DNA from: Deferribacterales bacterium
GTDB lineage: Bacteria; Chrysiogenota; Deferribacteres; Deferribacterales; Geovibrionaceae
Direction of reading: 5' to 3'
DNA length: 11,724 nt
Assembly (NCBI GenBank): GCA_050253335.1
Contig: JBFWJG010000059.1
Coordinates: 1 to 11,724, forward strand
Shown here piece by piece: positions 1 to 6,223 of the stretch (position 1 is the stretch's first letter; each line of letters starts with the position of its first letter). Position numbers and translations under genes: made by a program. Below the pieces are notes generated by a model. The model saw nothing but the letters and a program-made list of their open reading frames with translations. It was not told the origin of the DNA and searched no databases.

Positions 1-2
1 AG

Positions 3-260
3 ACTGTTTATGACAACGTGCTGAAAGCAGCGCAGGAGCTTGAGCGTGATGATATCACGGTGGAATATGTTAAGGACACTGCTGAAATATCGAAATATGT
101 CATGGCAACACCCGGGGTTGTGATAGATGAGGTTGTGGTGCATGAAGGGAAGCCCCTTCCCACTGTGGAGATCATCAAGGAAATGATAATAGACGAAGAA
201 TATGACTTCGGCGACGGTGAAAGCTCAGGCGGCTGCGGATGCGGCGGATGCGGGTGCTGA
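3..260 (+). CDS. Small thioredoxin-like redox-active disulfide protein (MTH895/Thioredoxin_3 type), 5'-truncated, with an acidic and Gly/Cys-rich C-terminal extension
   Basis: The frame is open from position 3 (TVYDNVLKAAQEL...), so the true start and the expected CxxC lie upstream of the window. VEYVKDTAEISKYVMATPGVVIDEVVVHEGKPLPTVEIIKEMI matches the family pattern, including the cis-Pro TP motif. This family is commonly found in ars operons, and arsC follows directly. Stop TGA at 258-260. Confidence 0.85.
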   Translation, partial: TVYDNVLKAAQELERDDITVEYVKDTAEISKYVMATPGVVIDEVVVHEGKPLPTVEIIKEMIIDEEYDFGDGESSGGCGCGGCGC

Positions 261-263
261 ACA

Positions 264-686
264 GTGAAAAAGCGTGTTCTTTTCGTCTGCATCCATAACA
301 GCGCAAGAAGCCAGATGGCCGAAGCCTTTCTGAACAGCATGGCTCCTGACAGGTTCCAAGCTGAAAGCGCAGGGCTTGAGCCGGGGAAGCTGAATCCGTT
401 TGTGGTAAAGGCAATGGCGGATATTGGTATTGATATCTCCGCCAACAGCACAAACGCAGTGGCGGACTACCTCAAAGAAGGCAGGCAGTATGATTATGTT
501 ATAGCCGTCTGCGACAAAGAAGCGGCCGAAAGATGCCCTATATTCCCGGGTTCGGGCGAAAAAATGCACTGGGCGTTCAGAGATCCGTCATCCTTTGCCG
601 GAACGGATGAAGAAAAGCTCGCATTCGCCGCGGAAGTCCGTGATGAGATAAAGCAGAAACTCACAGAATGGCTCGGCGCAGTCTAG
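264..686 (+). CDS. arsC: Thioredoxin-dependent arsenate reductase (LMW-PTPase fold)
   Basis: P-loop VLFVCIHNSARSQMAE, SAG motif, resolving cysteine pair VCDKEAAERCPIFPG, and HWxFxDP. GTG start with an SD-like GGGTG about 7 nt upstream. Confidence 0.92.
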   Translation: MKKRVLFVCIHNSARSQMAEAFLNSMAPDRFQAESAGLEPGKLNPFVVKAMADIGIDISANSTNAVADYLKEGRQYDYVIAVCDKEAAERCPIFPGSGEKMHWAFRDPSSFAGTDEEKLAFAAEVRDEIKQKLTEWLGAV

Positions 687-3274
687 TCATACTCGTTCCG
701 CAGTATTTTCAGGGCTTCATCAAACTCGTAGCTGCTTACGGCCTTGTGCAGTTTCTTGAACTCAAGTTCGCTGAAAAAAGCCGAGGCCTGCTCGCGGACA
801 CTCATAAAATAGTCCACTGTTTCGCTGTCGTCATCCTCAAGCAGACTGCACATTTTTTCCATAATCCGCTCAAACTCCTCTCTGGAAACGGGCGGAACCG
901 CCTCCGTTCTGGTATGCACCGAGGATGACTTCAGCGATGCGGAAACAGACCCGACCAGATTCTCAATCTCTGAGGCAAACTCTTCAGAAGCAGCGGAAAA
1001 GTCGCCTCCGTCCGCAATTAGCCTTTCCAGTCTTCCCGCAGCAGCATAAAGCCTGTCAGCGCCTATGTTCCCCGCGGTTCCCTTCACTGAGTGAGCGGTC
1101 ATCTCCGCTGATTTGAGGTCGCCCCTCCTGATCTCCTCAAGTAGTTTTCTGCCTGTGTCCCTGTTTACTGCCGCAAATTTCTCCAGCATACGCAGATAAA
1201 GCTCGCTTTTGCCTGCGACAGTCCTGAGCCCCTTTTTAAAATCTATGCCTTCGATAGGCGGAATATCCGCTTCTTTTCTCGAGGTTCCGGCAGAAACACT
1301 GCATATACCGCCGAACTCACCCGTAAAACAGAAATTTTTCAGACATCCGTAAAGCTCCTCCGGATCAAGCGGTTTCGTTATGTGCCCGTTCATGCCCGCT
1401 TCACGGGTTTTCACCCTTTCACTCTCCAGAGCGTGCGCAGTCATGGCTATAACGGGCAGTTCAGCAAAACGGCTGTCTGAGCGGAGTATCCTCACAGCCT
1501 CATATCCGTCCATCTCAGGCATCTGGAGATCCATGAACACTATGTCGCATCTTTCGCCCGATCTTAGAAAATCCAGAGCCTCTTTTCCGTCCGCCGCCTG
1601 AAAAACGGCTGCTCCTGTATCTTCAAGCAGTTCTGCGGCTATCTGGCGGTTTATTTCATTGTCATCAGCGATAAGCACACTGACTCCCCTGAAGTTTTCG
1701 GTCTCCGGCGAGACTCCCGCCTCTATTTCATATCCTGATTTAAAAACAGCGGACGAAAGTCCGTCAATGAGGCTTGAAGCCGTGGCAGGCTTGACTATAA
1801 AGCCGTCAGCCCCGTATTCCTCTATGGTTTTCCTGTCGAGGTCACGTCCGAATGCGGTTACAAGCACTACATACGGCTTGTTTCTTATCTCAGGATCGCT
1901 TTTTATTATCTTCGAGGCCTCCAGACCGTTCATGCCGGGCATTTTCCAGTCCATCAGCACAATTATGTATGGGTCCTCAGCATCAGCCGCTTTTATCATC
2001 CTTAAAGCATCAGCGCCGCTTTCAGCTTCATCAGGCTCAAACTCAAGATTAACAAGGATTTCCGTTATTATCTGTCTGGCTGTGGCATTATCGTCCACCA
2101 CAAGCACCCGCATGTCCTTGAGGCTCTCGCTTCCGTATCTGAGATCCGTCACAGACGCTGTCCCTATCTCGAAAACTGCGCTGAAGGAGAATGTGCTCCC
2201 TTTACCGCGTTCGCTCTCAACATTAACCGAACCGCCCATGAGCTCTATCAGGCTTTTTGAAATACTCAGCCCGAGCCCTGTTCCGCCGTATTTCCTTGTG
2301 GTTGAGCCATCCGCCTGACTGAAAGCGGCAAAAAGCCTGCTCTTCTGTTCCTCAAGCAGTCCCATCCCTGTGTCACGCACGGCAAAGCGTATTTCCGCTT
2401 TACCGTCAAACTTTCTCACAACCGTCACACTGAGGGCGACCTCCCCCTCCTCCGTGAACTTAACTGCGTTGCTGACAAGATTGATCAGAACCTGCCCCAA
2501 CCGCAGCGGATCGCCGATTATAACCGCCGGAACATCCGGAGCCACATGCAGAAGAAACTCTATCCCCTTCTCCTCAGCCTTCTGAAAAACAACCGTGACT
2601 ATGTTTTCAAGCACGCTGTCCAAATGAAACTCAATTTTTTCAAGCTCGTTTTTGCCGGCTTCGACTTTGGAGAAATCAAGAATGTCGTTGACTATGGCAA
2701 GGAGCGAAACTCCCGCATTTTTAACTTTTCTGATATAGTCAGCCTGTTTGAGGGTCAACTCTGTCTTGAGTGCCAGATCGCTCAGACCAATTATGGCGTT
2801 AAGGGGGGTGCGTATTTCATGGCTCATGTTCGCCAGAAACATGGACTTTGCTTCCGTGGCGCTTTCCGCTGTCAGTCTGGCCGCTTCAAGCTCCTTCATG
2901 ACCCTTTTTTTATCTGTGATGTCCTCTTTAATCCCCACAAAATTTGTTATCTGTCCGGCTGAGTTTTTCACAGGGGAAATAACCACTGATTCCCAATAGC
3001 GCTCGCCTGACTTCTTTTTATTCAGAAATTCCCCGTGCCACTCCCTCCCTGCGAGAATGGACGACCACAGCTCCCTGTAGGTTTCATCATTTGTACTGCC
3101 GGATTTTAGTATGGAAGGCTTGCTTCCCCTTGCCTCTTCAGGGGTATATTCGGTGAGCTCCGAGAATTTCGGATTCACATATTCTATGATTCCGTCTGCG
3201 TCTGTAATCATTATGGAGGCGGGGCTCTGCTCCACTGCCTTGAGTATTATACGGTTCCGCTCCTCGGCCTCCAT
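683..3274 (-). CDS. Hybrid (unorthodox) sensor histidine kinase PAS-HisKA-HATPase_c-REC-REC-HPt, with no transmembrane segment in this ORF
   Basis: PAS/PAC at the N-terminus (AVEQSPASIMITDADGIIEYVNPKF...KEDIT). H-box FLANMSHEIRTPLNAIIG, N-box QVLINLVSNAVKFT, G boxes DTGMG and GGTGLGLSI. REC1 VLVVDDN...LMDWKMP...KP, REC2 VLIADDN...FMDLQMP...KP. HPt AHSVKGTAGNIGA. Confidence 0.95.
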   Translation of the reverse strand: MEAEERNRIILKAVEQSPASIMITDADGIIEYVNPKFSELTEYTPEEARGSKPSILKSGSTNDETYRELWSSILAGREWHGEFLNKKKSGERYWESVVISPVKNSAGQITNFVGIKEDITDKKRVMKELEAARLTAESATEAKSMFLANMSHEIRTPLNAIIGLSDLALKTELTLKQADYIRKVKNAGVSLLAIVNDILDFSKVEAGKNELEKIEFHLDSVLENIVTVVFQKAEEKGIEFLLHVAPDVPAVIIGDPLRLGQVLINLVSNAVKFTEEGEVALSVTVVRKFDGKAEIRFAVRDTGMGLLEEQKSRLFAAFSQADGSTTRKYGGTGLGLSISKSLIELMGGSVNVESERGKGSTFSFSAVFEIGTASVTDLRYGSESLKDMRVLVVDDNATARQIITEILVNLEFEPDEAESGADALRMIKAADAEDPYIIVLMDWKMPGMNGLEASKIIKSDPEIRNKPYVVLVTAFGRDLDRKTIEEYGADGFIVKPATASSLIDGLSSAVFKSGYEIEAGVSPETENFRGVSVLIADDNEINRQIAAELLEDTGAAVFQAADGKEALDFLRSGERCDIVFMDLQMPEMDGYEAVRILRSDSRFAELPVIAMTAHALESERVKTREAGMNGHITKPLDPEELYGCLKNFCFTGEFGGICSVSAGTSRKEADIPPIEGIDFKKGLRTVAGKSELYLRMLEKFAAVNRDTGRKLLEEIRRGDLKSAEMTAHSVKGTAGNIGADRLYAAAGRLERLIADGGDFSAASEEFASEIENLVGSVSASLKSSSVHTRTEAVPPVSREEFERIMEKMCSLLEDDDSETVDYFMSVREQASAFFSELEFKKLHKAVSSYEFDEALKILRNEYD

Positions 3275-3283
3275 CCTTCATTT

Positions 3284-4279
3284 TCAGCTTCCGGCGGTGA
3301 TAAAAATCATAAGCTGAACTGTGAGAACCACAGAGAAAACAGTCCAGAACACGGAGTTTCTCACAAGCGGGGGCAGAATCTCATCCATTTTAACCAGATA
3401 GGCGATCTGCCATGAGCCTTCGAGATCGTTCCAGTCGATGGGGTGAGTCTTAACAAGATATTTTTCTCCGCCCAGAGTTATATCCTCCCCGTCAAGAACA
3501 GCCCCGAGCTCCCCCGCCTGCTCCTGAAAACCAGAACCGAATCTCCGCAGGGAGGAAAGCCTTTTTTTTCTTTCGGAGTCAAGCCTTCCCGCAACTTTAT
3601 AGAGATATTCCGGCCTGTTTGAAGCAAAAACGACGCCGTGCGGAGAGACCATGAACACCGGATCTTCATATCTGCTTATGAAGTTCTCAAGGTTTTTTAT
3701 TGAGTCCTTGACCACCATTACCCCTATCACAGGCGAGCCGGACATTTTATCCGCGTAAACGGGCGTGGCGATGTAGAGACCTCTGGTTTTTGAAGATATA
3801 CCCTGCGCGGCATAAACATTCTGCACGCCCTTCATAGCCTGAATAAAATAAGGACGAAAACTGAAATTCTGCCCTGTGAGGCTTATAGGAGATACATCAG
3901 AATATGAGACAACCGTGCCGTCCCTGCTGAGGAGATAAACAGCCTCAGCGTCATTCTCCTTCAGAAGAACTTCCTGAATGTCCGCAACAACCGGATGATC
4001 CAAAGGCAGACCTCCGAGGACGATCGACTTTATGTAAGTATTGATTATTCCGAGTATGGACGCGGAACCCATGCTTTTGCTGTATATGGTTCGAGAGTGA
4101 ATATTATCTACTATCTCAGAGGCTGTAACCTGAATCTCGGAGCGTTTCTTGAAAATATATATCTTTTCCGCAGCTTTTGATGCCACATAGGATGCTGACA
4201 AAGGAAGCAGAAGAAGAAAAACCGCCGTGAAAAATATTTTCAGAAGCTTTGAAATCCTGCCGCCTTTCATATCAGTCAC
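3284..4279 (-). CDS. Membrane-anchored dCache sensor-domain protein (TM-dCache-TM, DctB-like); probably the detached N-terminal part of the downstream kinase
   Basis: N-terminal hydrophobic helix (IFFTAVFLLLLPLSASYVA). Cache motifs VYLLSRDGTVV, GQNFSFRPYFIQAMKG, RGLYIATPV, IGVMVVK and FMVSPHGVVFASNRPE. C-terminal helix VFWTVFSVVLTVQLMIFI. Start is GTG 4279 (overlapping the upstream stop) or ATG 4270. Confidence 0.85.
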   Translation of the reverse strand: MTDMKGGRISKLLKIFFTAVFLLLLPLSASYVASKAAEKIYIFKKRSEIQVTASEIVDNIHSRTIYSKSMGSASILGIINTYIKSIVLGGLPLDHPVVADIQEVLLKENDAEAVYLLSRDGTVVSYSDVSPISLTGQNFSFRPYFIQAMKGVQNVYAAQGISSKTRGLYIATPVYADKMSGSPVIGVMVVKDSIKNLENFISRYEDPVFMVSPHGVVFASNRPEYLYKVAGRLDSERKKRLSSLRRFGSGFQEQAGELGAVLDGEDITLGGEKYLVKTHPIDWNDLEGSWQIAYLVKMDEILPPLVRNSVFWTVFSVVLTVQLMIFITAGS

Positions 4280-5297
4280 CGAACTCGTCTTTTATTTTAA
4301 TCACATCGGGCATACATTTCAGAAGTGCCCCGGCGATGCGGGGATCAAAATGCTTCCCGCTTTCACTACGGATAAGCTCAACAGCTTTTTCAATGCTCCA
4401 TGCCGCCTTGTAAGGCCTGACGCTTGTGAGAGCGTCAAAAACATCCGCCACAGCGGCTATCCTGCCCACTATGGGTATTTCGTCCCCTTTCAGGCCGTCG
4501 GGGTAGCCGCTTCCGTCCCATTTTTCATGATGAGTAAGCGCAGCAGTCGCCGCTGTCTGGAGAAGCTCGGAACCGTGCCCGCCTATTATCTTGTAGCCTA
4601 TACGGGCATGTTCTTTCATCAGCCGCCACTCCTCAGCATCAAGGGGGCCGGGTTTAAGGAGGATCTGATCAGGGATGCCGATTTTTCCGACATCGTGCAT
4701 GGGCACAGCGGAAAGAATAAGCTCCGCTTCAGAATCCCTCATCCCAAGTTTCTTCGCGATGAGGTGGCAGTATCTGCTCATACGGACAATGTGCATACCT
4801 GTCTCATTGTCCTTATACTCGGCGGCAAAACCGAGACGGCGGATTATTTCATGTCTGGTTTCATGAAGCTCTTTCGTTCTTTCACGAACCATCTTTTCAA
4901 GCATTCTGCGGTGGTCATACATGCTGAGCTGGGTTCTCACCCTCGCCAGAACAATAGGAGCGCTTACTGGCTTTGTTATATAGTCAGCTCCGCCGGCGTC
5001 AAACCCCATGGATTCATCGCTGATTTCGCCTTTTGCCGTTATGAAAATCACAGGGATTGAGCGGGTGATAAGGCTGGATTTGAGTGCGCGGCAGACTTCA
5101 TAGCCGCTGATTTCAGGCATCATCACATCCAGCAGAATGATGTCCGGCAGGTCTTTTTCAGCTATTTCAAGGGCTTTTCGGCCGCTAACGGCCACCTTAA
5201 CCTTAAACTCGGGCTTGAGGATATTGCTGAGAATATCAATATTTTCAGGAACATCATCAACAACAAGAACTGTCTGCTTTTTGTCTCGATCTTCCAT
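4272..5297 (-). CDS. Response regulator with HD-GYP c-di-GMP phosphodiesterase domain (RpfG family)
   Basis: REC domain VLVVDD...LLDVMMP...FITA...YITKP. HD-GYP motifs AEYKDNETGMH, MHDVGKIGIPD, HHEKWDGSGYP and ADVFDALTSVRPYK. SD-like AGGTG 5 nt before the ATG. Confidence 0.95.
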   Translation of the reverse strand: MEDRDKKQTVLVVDDVPENIDILSNILKPEFKVKVAVSGRKALEIAEKDLPDIILLDVMMPEISGYEVCRALKSSLITRSIPVIFITAKGEISDESMGFDAGGADYITKPVSAPIVLARVRTQLSMYDHRRMLEKMVRERTKELHETRHEIIRRLGFAAEYKDNETGMHIVRMSRYCHLIAKKLGMRDSEAELILSAVPMHDVGKIGIPDQILLKPGPLDAEEWRLMKEHARIGYKIIGGHGSELLQTAATAALTHHEKWDGSGYPDGLKGDEIPIVGRIAAVADVFDALTSVRPYKAAWSIEKAVELIRSESGKHFDPRIAGALLKCMPDVIKIKDEFGD

Positions 5298-5389
5298 AGA
5301 TACACCTGATAAGGAAATGGTTGTCCTTACTAGATGTTAACATACACAAAAGGAAAAGTGTGAAAAATAATGACTTGATATTACATTTT

Positions 5390-5422
5390 GTGCAGGCAGA
5401 CAAAAATCAAAAGAGCCTGCAC
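5390..5422. terminator. GC-rich inverted repeat just downstream of the GntR gene; possible terminator or mRNA-stabilising hairpin
   Basis: GTGCAGGC (5390-5397) and GCCTGCAC (5415-5422) form a perfect 8-bp stem with a 17-nt loop, 4 nt beyond the stop codon at 5427. There is no U-tract on the - strand, so it is atypical. Confidence 0.4.
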
Positions 5423-5426
5423 GGAA

Positions 5427-6140
5427 TTATTTATTTGTTCTGACTATTTCGTTAACTTCATCAACAACATATTCCATATGTTCAAGCATCGCCCTGTAGG
5501 CTTCTTCCGGATCACGGGCACAGATTCCTTCATAGATTTTCTGATGCTGAAGATACAGCCTCTCAAAACGCTCGTTATCCGTGTAGAGCCTCGAACGCAC
5601 TTCATAACTGACCTTCTCCACCCACTGGTAGATTGTGTTCATGATGTGGATCAGCAGTATGTTGTTGGTGGCGTATGATATTGTGTTGTGAAAATTTGCA
5701 TCGGGAATGTGCCCCACTTCGCCTTTGTCAAGTGCTGAGCGCATTTCATCCAGATACTCCTTCATGTTTGCGATCTCTTCATCACTCGCGCGGGCGGCGG
5801 CAGTTTTCGCTGCCCAGGTCTCAAGGATTTTGCGCACTTCCATGAGGTCGACTATAGCGTCTTCACGCTTGATGAACTCTTCCATGGCTTTATCTATGGT
5901 CTGCGAGGTGAGAGACTTGACATAGGTTCCGTCCCCATGGTTCTGAAACAGAAACCCCTGAGCCTCAAGCTTATGCAGAGCCTCCCTGAGTGAAGGACGG
6001 CTGACACCGAGCTGAGCGGCAAGTTCCCTTTCCGAAGGAAGTCTCTCCCCGGGGGCAAGCTGCGCTGTGAGTATCATTTTCTTTATCTGCTCATAGATAA
6101 TGTCGCTTATCTTTTTCTGTCTTATTTTCTCAAACTTCAT
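5427..6140 (-). CDS. GntR-family, FadR-subfamily transcriptional regulator (GlcC/LldR/PdhR-like)
   Basis: wHTH PGERLPSERELAAQLGVSRPSLREALHKLEAQG and FCD domain (EVRKILE, DANFHNTI, QHQKIYEGI, MLEHM). ATG 6140 is preferred over GTG 6146 because AAAGG lies 8 nt upstream of it. Confidence 0.93.
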   Translation of the reverse strand: MKFEKIRQKKISDIIYEQIKKMILTAQLAPGERLPSERELAAQLGVSRPSLREALHKLEAQGFLFQNHGDGTYVKSLTSQTIDKAMEEFIKREDAIVDLMEVRKILETWAAKTAAARASDEEIANMKEYLDEMRSALDKGEVGHIPDANFHNTISYATNNILLIHIMNTIYQWVEKVSYEVRSRLYTDNERFERLYLQHQKIYEGICARDPEEAYRAMLEHMEYVVDEVNEIVRTNK

Positions 6141-6223
6141 TCCCACGGCCTTTAACTGTAAGTAGTATTGAACGAGTATATATTAAAAAATTGTTTTTTC
6201 TAATATATTTTTTGCGTGGAACA

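Noticed and set aside
8..569. Three - strand ORFs over the thioredoxin/arsC region, one with a PHPPHPQPP run
   Set aside because: Antisense to motif-supported + strand genes. The Pro/His run is simply the complement of the Gly/Cys codons.
1659..2318. 219-aa Ser-rich ORF on the + strand, and similar short opposite-strand ORFs throughout
   Set aside because: Composition is typical of reverse-complement frames of real genes, here the kinase.
3275..3286. Genome-wide TGA reassignment (Trp or Gly) as the explanation for the in-frame TGAs
   Set aside because: Trp is encoded by TGG in the other genes, none of them has an internal TGA, and TGA ends the HD-GYP and dctQ genes at family-typical lengths.
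3562..3569. A8 homopolymer in the Cache gene as a phase-variation tract
   Set aside because: It is short, in frame and explained by Arg-Lys-Lys-Arg codons. There is no evidence of slippage.
4227..5060. 277-aa ORF on the + strand
   Set aside because: Antisense shadow of the well-supported HD-GYP gene, with no recognisable motifs.
5298..5426. Possible c-di-GMP riboswitch upstream of the HD-GYP gene
   Set aside because: No GEMM-type two-hairpin core with GNRA tetraloop and receptor, and no class II consensus is visible. The spacer is short and AT-rich. An Rfam covariance search would settle it.
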